A model generated the notes under the pieces. The model did no database searches. It was not told where the DNA came from and worked only from the letters and a program-made list of their open reading frames with translations. A program made the position numbers and the translations under genes. Below, one piece after another: positions 49,655 through 59,800 of a stretch of 64,000 bases of DNA. Source of the stretch: Polyangiaceae bacterium (GTDB taxonomy: Bacteria > Myxococcota_A > Polyangia > Polyangiales > Polyangiaceae); the NCBI GenBank assembly GCA_033763455.1, contig JANRKO010000028.1, positions 1 to 64,000 on the forward strand, in the 5' to 3' direction. Every line of letters starts with the position of its first letter. The stretch's first letter is position 1.

Positions 49655-51202
49655 ATGCTCTCCTCATCAACCCGGCAGCTCATCCGACAGCGTTTGGATG
49701 CGGAGCAGGGTCGGATCGAAAAGGATGCGCCCGCGCGCATCGCGCTCGTTTACCCGTCTCCCTATCACGTGGGAATGAGTTCGCTCGGGTATCAGCAAAT
49801 CTACGCAGTGATTCAGGCTCTTCCCGGCATCTCTTGCGAGCGCGTATTTTTGCCAGACGGTGGGGATGAACCAGGTCAAGAAATTGAAGCGCCGGTAAGC
49901 TATGAAGGCTTAAGGCCACTTGGCGAGTTCTCAGTCATTGCCGTAAGTGTGGCCTATGAGCTCGAGCTTGCTGGGCTCTGTAAGTTATTGGATAAATCTA
50001 CCTCTTCTCCGCTCAGGGAAGCACGCCTTGATACAGAGCCACTCGTTATCGGAGGGGGGCCGCTCACGTTTTCTAATCCGATCCCACTCGGAGCATTTGC
50101 CGACGCCATTGTGATGGGGGAAGCCGAAGAAATCATCGGGCCCGTGTTGGCAGTCGCAACGAGCTTCATCAGCAAATCCGAGAAGCTACAGGCGCTCAGC
50201 CAGCTGCCGCACGTTTTTGTGCCTAGCATTCACGGTGAGGTGCTGCCAGCGATGGGTCGCGTGGATGATAGCCAGCTACCGGCGAGGAGCACGATCCTAA
50301 CTCCGCATACTGAGCTTTCGAACATGTTCTTAATTGAGGCTGAACGTGGCTGTTCGCGGGGCTGCATGTATTGCGTCATGCGGCGCTCCACAAACGGAGG
50401 TATGCGAATTGTGGAGCCATCCGTGCTGTTCGACGCGGTTCCGGCTTACGCCAAGAAGGTGGGCCTGGTGGGTGCGGCGGTGAGCGATCACCCAAAGATC
50501 GTCGAAATTGTGCGGGAATTTTCAGGGCGGGGTCTCCAGGTGGGCCTCAGCAGTTTAAGGCCAGATAGGCTCAAGGAGCCGTTCGTGGAGGCGCTTAGCC
50601 AAAGTGGGTACAAGACGCTCACCACCGCGCTTGATGGCCCGAGCCAGCGCCTGCGCGACGGAATTGAACGGCGCGGCCGCAGTGAACACTACGTGGCAGC
50701 AGCTGAGCACGCGCGAAAATTCGGTATGGAGCGGCTAAAACTTTACCTCATGATCGGGTTGCCCGGTGAGCGCGATGAAGATATCGACGAATGCGCGGGC
50801 TTTGTTGCGGGCCTCTCCAAAGTAATTCCGGTTTCGCTTGGCGTCGCCCCGTTTTGCTCAAAGCGCAACACTCCGCTCGACCAAATGCCGTTCGCGGGCG
50901 TTCGTATTGTGCAGCAGCGCATGGCCCGCTTGCGTGCTGGCCTGCGCGGTCGTGCGGAAGTGCGGGCCACTTCCGCGCGCTGGGCCTGGGTTGAGTATGT
51001 TCTGGCTCAAGGTGGGGAGCGCGAGGGCCGAGCGTTGTGGGAAGCTGTCCAAGCAGGCGGTGGCTTTTCGCAGTACCGGCGAGCCTTTGAAGCTTTGGGT
51101 TTCGCCCCAGATGGCGAAGGATACGGCGCAGCTGCCATGCCCACTTCACCGGAACGCCTCAAGATGGCGAACCGCCGGCTTCGCACAGTACCCGCCAACT
51201 AG
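49655..51202 (+). CDS. Radical SAM protein
   Basis: RGCSRGCMYC; YPSPYHVGMSSLG N-terminal region; LKLYLMIGLPGE. Confidence 0.9.
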   Translation: MLSSSTRQLIRQRLDAEQGRIEKDAPARIALVYPSPYHVGMSSLGYQQIYAVIQALPGISCERVFLPDGGDEPGQEIEAPVSYEGLRPLGEFSVIAVSVAYELELAGLCKLLDKSTSSPLREARLDTEPLVIGGGPLTFSNPIPLGAFADAIVMGEAEEIIGPVLAVATSFISKSEKLQALSQLPHVFVPSIHGEVLPAMGRVDDSQLPARSTILTPHTELSNMFLIEAERGCSRGCMYCVMRRSTNGGMRIVEPSVLFDAVPAYAKKVGLVGAAVSDHPKIVEIVREFSGRGLQVGLSSLRPDRLKEPFVEALSQSGYKTLTTALDGPSQRLRDGIERRGRSEHYVAAAEHARKFGMERLKLYLMIGLPGERDEDIDECAGFVAGLSKVIPVSLGVAPFCSKRNTPLDQMPFAGVRIVQQRMARLRAGLRGRAEVRATSARWAWVEYVLAQGGEREGRALWEAVQAGGGFSQYRRAFEALGFAPDGEGYGAAAMPTSPERLKMANRRLRTVPAN

Positions 51203-51210
51203 CGGGGCGC

Positions 51211-52980
51211 TTACGGTGCGGCCCCCGTAGTGCTCACGGTGCGGAATTCCTCAGCCTTTACGAGGGCGAGCAACAAGCTCTGGAAGTTGTAGCCACCCTT
51301 TTGAAAAGCTGCGACGGCATTCTTTTGGGAGCAATTATCCACCGTTCCTGGCTCCCTACCGTAAGTGTAACCGTATAGGTGGTGCACCACGCAGGACGCG
51401 GTGTCCGAAGAGCCGGCTACGATTTCTCCAAGGCCTTTGGGTCCCTGAAAAGGTGCCGATCGATCACCATCGACCACCTTGCCATCTCCTGTGAGCGCTT
51501 CTCCCTTGATCCCCGTGGCTCGATAGCGCCCAATGAGATCGTATTGCTCAAGACCGAGGCCAATGGGATCTAGAAGTTGGTGGCAGGGCGAGCAAGCCGG
51601 GCTCGCGCTGTGTTGAGCAAGCCGTTCGCGCACACTGAGGTTTGGATCCGTCGGCGCGGGAGGGACATTGCCGGGCGGGGGTGGTGGGGGAGTGCACAAG
51701 AACTGCTCGCGTACGAATTTTCCGCGAAGGATGGGCGCGGTAGTTTCGCTGCCCACTACCGGTAGCGTTAGGAGCGCTGCCTGGCCGAACAGCCCGCTAC
51801 GCGCTTCTGGCGGGGAAAAATCCACCCGAGCCAGGCCGCCAGCTGGCGCCGAAATGCCATACAAGGAAGCCAGGTTGGCGTCGGCGTAGGTGTATGGGGC
51901 CGTGAGCATTCCGAACACGTTTTGGGGCTCTGGCGCCCACACAAAATCGTTCACGAAGGTTTCGGTTTCTGCGCGCATGCTGGCACGCAGCGGATCCGTG
52001 AATTCCGGATAGGTGGTGGCCGAACGCGGCACGGTGTCGACATCGTAGAGGTGCAGCCAGCCAGTGATGAATTCGCCAATACCGGTCCGTGCGCGAGGAT
52101 CTTGCAGCATGCCACGCGCGGTCGTTTCCAGGCCTTGTTGTGTTCCGAGTTGTCCCGCCTCAGCCGCTCCCATCAGGTTCGCATCGGGTGTTGTGCCCCA
52201 AAGCAGATAGGAAAGGCGCGTGGCTAGCTCGTAGCCATCAACGACGCGTGCACCAGCAGGAGCCGGCTTGGTGCCCGAAGGCGCGGCCAAAGGAACCTCA
52301 GGAGACTTCGATTCGACTCGGTAAATGAAGCGCGGGGACACCAATATCGCCTCAATAGCAAGCTTGGCTCCAGCATACGGATCTGGCTCCGCTTGTGCAG
52401 CGCGTGCCACTGTGAGCAGCTCTTGCACGCGGTTTGGAGCAAGCGGACGTCGAAAGGCGCGCTTGCCCAACGTTTCAATGAGGCGAGTGAGGCAGCTCTC
52501 GGATTGGGCAAGCTCGCAATCAATAAGCTTCTGCCGGCGCTCCGGCGTGCTCAAGGACAACTCAGCCAAATTTGCGGCAGAGACATCGTAGCGCTCAAGA
52601 TGCACGTTGGTGATTGGAAGCCCGGCTATGTCGTTGCCAAAACCTTCAATCACCAGGTTCACGGCGGAAAGATCCGCGGGCGTGAGCATCAAAAGGTCCG
52701 TAACGCTCCGCAGGTATTCGTTGTTCGTGAGGCGCCGCATATACTCGGGACCTGCCGTCACCGGCACGGCGCAGGCGGCCACGGGATCATCGATATCTGG
52801 CACCAATACGCCGGGAGGTGCCGGCGGCCGCGGGGGCGGGGTGGTGGTGGTTGATGTGGCAGTTGGCGTAGCCGGGCCATCACTGTCAGTCTTTGCGCTG
52901 CACGCGCCGAGGCCCAGGCTGGCAACACTCATGCAAAGCGTGAAAGCCGTCTTCATGGTCGTTTGCTGTCGTTTGTGCAT
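51211..52980 (-). CDS. DUF1592/DUF1588/DUF1595-type (PSD domain) lipoprotein
   Basis: RRLTNNEY, RAFRRP, SPRFIYR, YELATRLSYLLW, PILRG, CSPCH, DPIGLGLEQYD; LGAC lipobox. Confidence 0.88.
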   Translation of the reverse strand: MHKRQQTTMKTAFTLCMSVASLGLGACSAKTDSDGPATPTATSTTTTPPPRPPAPPGVLVPDIDDPVAACAVPVTAGPEYMRRLTNNEYLRSVTDLLMLTPADLSAVNLVIEGFGNDIAGLPITNVHLERYDVSAANLAELSLSTPERRQKLIDCELAQSESCLTRLIETLGKRAFRRPLAPNRVQELLTVARAAQAEPDPYAGAKLAIEAILVSPRFIYRVESKSPEVPLAAPSGTKPAPAGARVVDGYELATRLSYLLWGTTPDANLMGAAEAGQLGTQQGLETTARGMLQDPRARTGIGEFITGWLHLYDVDTVPRSATTYPEFTDPLRASMRAETETFVNDFVWAPEPQNVFGMLTAPYTYADANLASLYGISAPAGGLARVDFSPPEARSGLFGQAALLTLPVVGSETTAPILRGKFVREQFLCTPPPPPPGNVPPAPTDPNLSVRERLAQHSASPACSPCHQLLDPIGLGLEQYDLIGRYRATGIKGEALTGDGKVVDGDRSAPFQGPKGLGEIVAGSSDTASCVVHHLYGYTYGREPGTVDNCSQKNAVAAFQKGGYNFQSLLLALVKAEEFRTVSTTGAAP

Positions 52981-53276
52981 TGGGTCCGCCTGGTGCCGAA
53001 CGTTCTAGGTTCCCGCCTTCTCGATACGTGAAGTTGCGGTGGTGGGTGTGCTGCTTTCAGGCTAAAACGGTGCCGATTCAACCGGCCCAAGCATGCCACG
53101 GCCGTTCTCGTTCAGCAAATCTGATGTAGCTGCGTTTTGTAGCCGAAAAACAGGCACAATCTGCAGGCATTGCCGCTGCACACCTGGACGTTAAAGATCC
53201 AACCTTGGCGGAGTGAACAAAGGTGGGGCCGACCTCCTTTGGCCGCAACTTGCTCCTTTCTAGGACAAGGCCAGAC

Positions 53277-55484
53277 CTAGGGAAGCGTCACGCCAACGGG
53301 CAACTTAAAAGGGCGATTTCGGCCATTCTGGGCGGCGAGCAGATCCCGCGCGATCGCAACTTCGACAAGCTCTATGGCGACGCTCTCAGCGACCCTGCGC
53401 AGACCCGCAGTAGTGTCGTCAATCGGTGCCGTCCCGCGTTGAGCCAGCGTGCCGTAAAAGAGCGCTTCGGTCTGTTCGATGGGGCCTTTGGCGACCTTGG
53501 CGAGTCCTGCAAGGCTGAGCTTGCCCCGGGCCCATGCTCGGAGCTGCCCCGGCCAAGTGTTGCTTTCGCTCATGGAAGCCAAGGCTTCTTCTACGGTGCC
53601 GTCGCTCGGCGCTCCAACATCGCGTTCCAAGAACCGCAACCAAAGGGCGACGTAGATCAGATCTTCATCCGCGATTTTTGCGTCCAAGGCGCGGCGCGCG
53701 GCTTCACGTGCCGCGGTGAGGTCACGATCGGTGAATGCCCGGCGTGCTGATTCGAGCAGCGTGAGCGTTACGTTCGCGAGGCTCGACTGTGAAACTTCCC
53801 ACGCGCGCTCACTGGCGCTGTGCGCTCGAGCGCGCTCGCCGTAGTAGCTCAGGATCCGCGCGAGCAACAATTCCGAGCGCACTTTCGCCGTATCCGAACC
53901 GGTGATGCGAACGGCTTGCAGGGCGCTCGTGAGCGCAGCCCGAAGGGCGGCTTCGGCTTCGGCGGCGTCGCCAATTTCTCGGATAATCTCAAAACTCTTG
54001 AGCCGTATGTCGGCCTGGCTCAGAACGCTTCCGTTCTTCTCCGCGAGCGCTAGCGCTTGCTCCAGAGCCTGAAGCGATGTTCTCGGTGCACCTCTCTGTC
54101 GATCGATATCAGCGAGCGCTGTGAGTGATTCAACGCTCGGCTCAAGGCGCGTGGCCGTCTGGAATTGCGCGCGAGCATCCAGAAGCTCGCCGGCGCGCTT
54201 CTCCAGGGCTCCGAGCACGTAGTATAGATTGGTGGCCGAGGGGCGCACGCGTGAGCCAAGTGGTTCCGCTTGGTCCAAAAGAGGCTTGGCCAGCGTGAAG
54301 ATACGCCGAGCCGCCGCCGTCGTGTCAGCATCACCGGCTATCGCCAGTGCTCGCCACACCAGCGATAGCGCACCCGAAACATCTTGTGGCGAAGCGTTCG
54401 CACTCAACGTGTCGCTCACAACAATGGGCACCACCTCTTCCAGCCCATGGTCCAGAAGTTCGTCGCACAGTGGGCCTGCAGCAACGAAAGAGCCCGGTTG
54501 GCTTCGGTGTAGCTCAACAGCCGTGCCCCAAGCCGCGCCTGCGGCTAGCGCGGGCTCAAGCTCGCGCTCAGACCGTTCCTCTTGGGAGCTGAAAGCTTGA
54601 TATAAATGTCCCCAAGCGTCAGGACTTTCCTCAATCGCAGCTGCCTCTAAGAGATCTTGAAAAGGGGGAGGGATTAAGGGCCCGAGATCGTGTTGCTGGA
54701 TATAGGCCAGGGCGCCCTTGGCATCCCCATCGCGCAGAAAGAGCGCTGCCACTGCTACGCCACCCGTCTGCCGGGCTCGGTAGGATTCGAAGGCTTCCTC
54801 TCGATCCGTGTCGCTGTCGCTCTGGCGCGTACGATCGTTCTTCAGGCCTTCGAGGATCCAGAGGCGAGTGGCCAGCGTTGCTGCGTCAAAGTTCTCTTGC
54901 GTCGGGTAGAGAAGTGCGAGTTGCGCGGAGGTGCGGTGCTCCGCGTTCAACCAGAGCACGCGTCCTTGCGTCTTGTCCGCGGCGGCCCATTCGCCGAGTG
55001 CGCGGAGGTGTTCGCGAACGTCCACTTTGGATGGTGAATTTGGCGGAAGGGCGCCGTCGAGCAGCTTGTAGAACGCTAAGGCCTGGCCTGTCTTTCCGCG
55101 CCGCGCTGCCGCATCAGCCGCCTCTTTTAGCGCAACAGCTCGACCCTCCGTCATGCTGCGTTGGAACTCATCTCGATGGAGCAGGTGAAGCGCGCCGTCG
55201 ATTGCGGATACGCCGGCATTCACTCTTCCTGCTAGAAATTCAGCCTCACTTTTCGCGATCTGAAACTTTACGACCGCTTCCAGCAGGCCTTTGCGTTGCG
55301 CTTCGCTGTGACCCCCCAACAAGAGCTCGTACGCAAGCTTTGGAAACGTGGTGTCGGTAACCTCGGGGACAACAACGTTTTCGGCTGTGCCGATAGTGCT
55401 TGCGGGCCTTGCGGGAAGCGCACCCCCGCCACAGCCGACGAGCCCCAAAGTAACAGCTAACGCAAGAAGGGGCGTTGTTCGCAT
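53277..55484 (-). CDS. Hypothetical helical/TPR-like lipoprotein
   Basis: LVGC lipobox after ATG 55484; Ala/Leu-rich helical repeats. Confidence 0.65.
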   Translation of the reverse strand: MRTTPLLALAVTLGLVGCGGGALPARPASTIGTAENVVVPEVTDTTFPKLAYELLLGGHSEAQRKGLLEAVVKFQIAKSEAEFLAGRVNAGVSAIDGALHLLHRDEFQRSMTEGRAVALKEAADAAARRGKTGQALAFYKLLDGALPPNSPSKVDVREHLRALGEWAAADKTQGRVLWLNAEHRTSAQLALLYPTQENFDAATLATRLWILEGLKNDRTRQSDSDTDREEAFESYRARQTGGVAVAALFLRDGDAKGALAYIQQHDLGPLIPPPFQDLLEAAAIEESPDAWGHLYQAFSSQEERSERELEPALAAGAAWGTAVELHRSQPGSFVAAGPLCDELLDHGLEEVVPIVVSDTLSANASPQDVSGALSLVWRALAIAGDADTTAAARRIFTLAKPLLDQAEPLGSRVRPSATNLYYVLGALEKRAGELLDARAQFQTATRLEPSVESLTALADIDRQRGAPRTSLQALEQALALAEKNGSVLSQADIRLKSFEIIREIGDAAEAEAALRAALTSALQAVRITGSDTAKVRSELLLARILSYYGERARAHSASERAWEVSQSSLANVTLTLLESARRAFTDRDLTAAREAARRALDAKIADEDLIYVALWLRFLERDVGAPSDGTVEEALASMSESNTWPGQLRAWARGKLSLAGLAKVAKGPIEQTEALFYGTLAQRGTAPIDDTTAGLRRVAESVAIELVEVAIARDLLAAQNGRNRPFKLPVGVTLP

Positions 55485-55588
55485 GGAACCCCAGCATACA
55501 CGCCCAAAGGGGCGCCGCACGAGCTTCCACGGCTCAGTTTCGATGGTTGACGAAATACAAGCCAGCGACGGGAGACGCCAGCTGCTGC

Positions 55589-56722
55589 CTAGAAGGCGGC
55601 AGCGGCGGCGATGTGAAGAGTGCCGATCCCTGAGTCGCCCAGCCTGCCGCCAACTGGGAGCAGGTAGCCGAGCGTGGGCGTAACCGGGCCAAGTGTCGTT
55701 CCTACTCGTGGCTCGACCCCGAGCTGCACGGGGCTCGGGCCCTGCGCATCAATGTTCGATGAGAACTCTACCGGCTCGCTAATCAGGAGAGCCATCCACG
55801 CGTCGAGGCCGGCGAAGAACAGCCCCTTTTCGACGATCTCATAGGTTGCTCCAAGCTCGGTGACACTCCGAAAAGCGACACTGCGCTTTTCGAACTTGCC
55901 TTCCGTGTCGCGGTTCGGGATCTCAACCTTGCCATGGTTGAAAGCGACAGAGATCTTGGTGGAGCCATGCGCTTCGAGCTTCCCTCGGTACATAGCGATG
56001 CGGAGGCCTGGCACGACTGGAACGGTTTTCGGCAGGAAGTACTCTCCGTAGCGATAGCCCCACGAACCGTCTGCAAAACGAGCCGCCTGGCCTTGTTCTG
56101 CTTTCTTCGTGTCCGAATTGGTTGGGTCCAGGTCACCGCCGCCGAGCGGTAGGCCAATACCGATAAACGCCGTTAAGTCGGTGAGGCGGGCCACACGTGT
56201 GCGATATTGCCCGAGGAGCTGGGGTGCACCCAGCACGTTCTGTGATGCCCCTGGGTTCTCCGGGCTGTGAACACCCGAGGTTGCCCACGGGATGACCAAG
56301 CCAAGGCTCAGCTTTGGCCCAACGTCGTAGGTGCCGCCCACCGCGACTGCCACACCGCTGGCGCTGTTGGTGGTCGTGCCGGCGGGGCCCGGGATGGGTA
56401 CCCTGCCAACCCCCACCAACACATCCGCGCCCAAGTTAACGGGCTTTCTCGGGCTAAAGCGTGTGGAGCTCAAGGGGCCTTCACCTTTTGCGGCCTGCTG
56501 CTCCTCTTTGGCTTTCTTGCTCTTCGGAGCGAACGGCCCAGGATCGCTTTTCTCTTTGTAAGCGATGTCGTTCTCGTCGTAGGCCGAGCTTGGACGGTCG
56601 GATTCCGCTTCCTTCTTGGGCGCCTCCTCGGAGTCGTCCTCGACGTCGAGGCCTTCGATTTGGGCGAACGAGTGGCTGGAAAAAAGCAAGATACTGCTGA
56701 TGAGCCCGAGGCTGTGTCGCAT
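55589..56722 (-). CDS. Hypothetical outer-membrane beta-barrel-like protein
   Basis: Signal peptide (SHSFA), acidic disordered segment, alternating beta-strands, terminal Phe. Confidence 0.55.
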   Translation of the reverse strand: MRHSLGLISSILLFSSHSFAQIEGLDVEDDSEEAPKKEAESDRPSSAYDENDIAYKEKSDPGPFAPKSKKAKEEQQAAKGEGPLSSTRFSPRKPVNLGADVLVGVGRVPIPGPAGTTTNSASGVAVAVGGTYDVGPKLSLGLVIPWATSGVHSPENPGASQNVLGAPQLLGQYRTRVARLTDLTAFIGIGLPLGGGDLDPTNSDTKKAEQGQAARFADGSWGYRYGEYFLPKTVPVVPGLRIAMYRGKLEAHGSTKISVAFNHGKVEIPNRDTEGKFEKRSVAFRSVTELGATYEIVEKGLFFAGLDAWMALLISEPVEFSSNIDAQGPSPVQLGVEPRVGTTLGPVTPTLGYLLPVGGRLGDSGIGTLHIAAAAAF

Positions 56723-56860
56723 CCGTAAACTCCCTGATCCGTTCTGTGGCAGCGTGGTTGGCCTGCGGCGCGGACCCTACCATGCTCATTTCCCGTTGGG
56801 AGCCTGAATTGAGCATGGCCCTAGGCGGGCAGCGCAGGTAGTCTGCTTGAGGCAATCCGA

Positions 56861-59800
56861 ATGAGCGACGCCCAGGACCGACCCGTCCCCAAGCGCTTGG
56901 CCGACTTCGAAATCGTGCGCCGCCTCGGCGTGGGCGGTATGGCGGAGGTCTTTCTCGCGAGAAAGCGTGGCGCAGAGGGCACGTTCAAGCAGCTGGTGGT
57001 AAAGCGTATTTTGCCGAAATTCGGTGCTTCTCGCAGATTTCGCACCATGTTCGCCGAGGAAGCGCAGCTCGCGACGCGGCTCAATCACCCCAATATCGTC
57101 CAAGTCTACGACTTTCAGGACTATGGCGAAGACGGGCAGCTGCTCAGCATGGAGCACGTGGATGGGCCCGATCTTCGCCGGTTGATCCATGCCGCACGTG
57201 CCAAAGATCGTCGGTTATCTCCTTACGTAGCCGCTTACATTATCGGCGAGGTCGCCAAAGGCCTTCACTACGCACACGCCCGCCGCGATGACGCTGGCAC
57301 GCCCCTCGGAATCGTTCACCGTGACGTGTCCCCGCAGAACGTACTGCTGAGTTACGACGGCGCGGTAAAAATCGCTGATTTTGGAATCGCCTCAGCCAAC
57401 ATGTTCCGAGACGAAGAAGGCGTGCTCAAAGGCAAGACGGCGTACATGTCACCGGAGCAGGCTCGCGGGGAGAAGGCCGATCTACGAACGGACGTTTATT
57501 CCTTGGGTGTTGTTTTCCACGAGCTACTCACCGCACGGCCCATGCGGGGAGCGCTCGATGGCCAGGAACTCTTTGAGGCGGTGCGCGCGGGCGCCGTGGA
57601 GCCGCCAAGCACGTTTGTCACGCTGATACCACCGGAAATTGAGGCTTTGGTGATGAAGGCGTTGAAGCGTGACGCCGATGAGCGGTTTCAGTCCGCGCGC
57701 GATTTTGCCTTCGCGATCTCTCGGGTGTTGTTCGAAAGTCAGAAGCTCGTCGACGCGCAAGTTCTGGAAGCTTCTATTTCTGACCTCGTCGGGCGGGACC
57801 CACCAGCCGCCTTAGGCGGAAACACAGGCGCGCTGGATGGAGCGGAACCTGCAGACGTTGAAGACGATCCGGATGCCGTTTGGGAGGACGAGCGGACGGG
57901 GCCCGGCCAGCCTCTCCCAAGTGAGCGGCTAAGGGAACGGGTGGGGCGGGAAGTGCGGCACGTTGCAGTGGTGACCCTGCGCTTGCATGGGCGCGAAGAG
58001 CTCAAGCGGGAACTGGGAGCGCACGAGGCCGAGCGTTTTTGGATTCAGCTGCGAGCAACGCTTGAAGAAATTGCCTTTAAGCGCGGTGCGCGCTGGTCTT
58101 GGGAGGAGCATGAGCATGCTGTGAACCCCTCCGACACTATGGGCAAGGCACGCGCTATCGTTGGATTAACGGCCAATCCAGCGCGCGCTGCAAGCGACGC
58201 GGCTTGGCTCTCTGTAGACGTGCATGAAGCTATTAGTGGCTCAAGCTCACACCTGGACACTCTTGTTCAAGCTAGCGTCGGTATTGTGCGGGCCATTGCC
58301 ACGGGTCGTCGAGATCAGGCGGGGCACTTGGTGGAGCATGAGTTGCGGGAACCCGGCAATGATCTCGCCGATTTGCTGGGCGATCGAGCGCCCGCCGGAG
58401 CTACCTGGGTGGCAGGTGGCTTGTACCGGCTGTTGCGGCGGGATTTTCGCTGGGGTGATACGCCGAGCATCGAGATAGAGCCCACAGAAGAGCAGCCCTT
58501 GCCGCGCCAGATGCGCACGTACTCGTTGGTTCGCCCGCTTACCCGGGACGAGCGCCTGGAAGCTGCAGCGCGAGTGCCGAATGAGATTGTGGGGCGCGAT
58601 GCGGAGCTGGCAGATCTACACGGGGCCTACACTTCGGTAGTGGGCGTGGGGAAGCCATCACGGGTCGACGCACGCGTGATCTTTGGGGAACTCGGGATCG
58701 GCAAGACAGTGCTTGTGAATCTCTTCTTGAACGAGCTGCCGCCGGACGCTCGCGTGGTTCGGGCTGAGTGTTCGCCAGTTCAGAGCGAGCTGCCCTACGC
58801 GAATATCGCCGAGTGGGCCCGGCAGTTGACCGGTATCCAAACGGGCGATCCACTTGAAGCCGCTTGCGAGCGAATTGAGGCGCTTTTTGGCAGCGAAGTA
58901 GGCCCCGCACAGGCACACACTCTCGCGCTCCGTATGGCGGAATTGGCGGCGGGCCACGCCGTCTCCGGCCTCGACGAAGGGGACAGCGCGCTCTTGCGGA
59001 GCCAGGTGACCGAAGGCTTAGGGCAACTGTTTCAACAAGCGGCCGATGACGCGCCGTTAGTAGTTGTGCTGGATGGTGTCCAATGGAGCGATCGGCCAAG
59101 CCTTGAGATCATCTGCGAGCTTGTAAAAAAGCACGAGGCCTGGCCGATCTTGGTGCTCTTTGTCACTCGCCCCGATGAACGAGTGGCAACGCTGCTTGAA
59201 GGCTTTGTTCGCGCAGAACTTGTGGGCCTGCAATCGGAACACCAGCTCGCTTTGATGGAGGCGCACTTGGGCGTTCAGCGTGGGGTTCGTGCGGCCTGCG
59301 CCGATCTTCTACCGCGCGCTTCGGGGAACCCGTTTTTTCTCCTTGAAATGGTGGACGCACTGCTGGAGCGCGGTGCGCTCGAAATTGTTGATAGTGAAGG
59401 GGGGCAGGAGCTGCGGCGCATTGAGCGGCCAGGAGAAAGCGTGGCGCCGCTCCCCTCTACGCTGGAGCAGTTGATTGCAGATCGCTTGAATGAATTGCCG
59501 GAGGCCGAACAGGCCGTGATGAGCTGGCTCTCGGTCGCCGGCGGCCCGCTGGCTTTAGAAGCGTTGCAGAGCTTGCAAAGCTTGGATCTTGCCGAGGCGG
59601 TTGAGCGGCTGAATGCTCGTGGGCTCACCCACTTGCGTGGCGGCGAGGTAGACGTTCGCCACCCGCTCACGCGCGATGTGGCTTACCTCGCCCTCAGCCA
59701 GAACCAGAAGCGGCGTATGCATCGTCGGCTGGCTGTAGCGTTATCCCACACCCCACTCGGGAAGGGGCTTTCCGCCGCAATTGTGGCTAGCCACTTTGCC

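Noticed and set aside
53061..53075. Possible sigma54 site CGGCAC-N5-TAGC upstream of the DUF1592-type gene
   Set aside because: Two mismatches and no supporting upstream element identified
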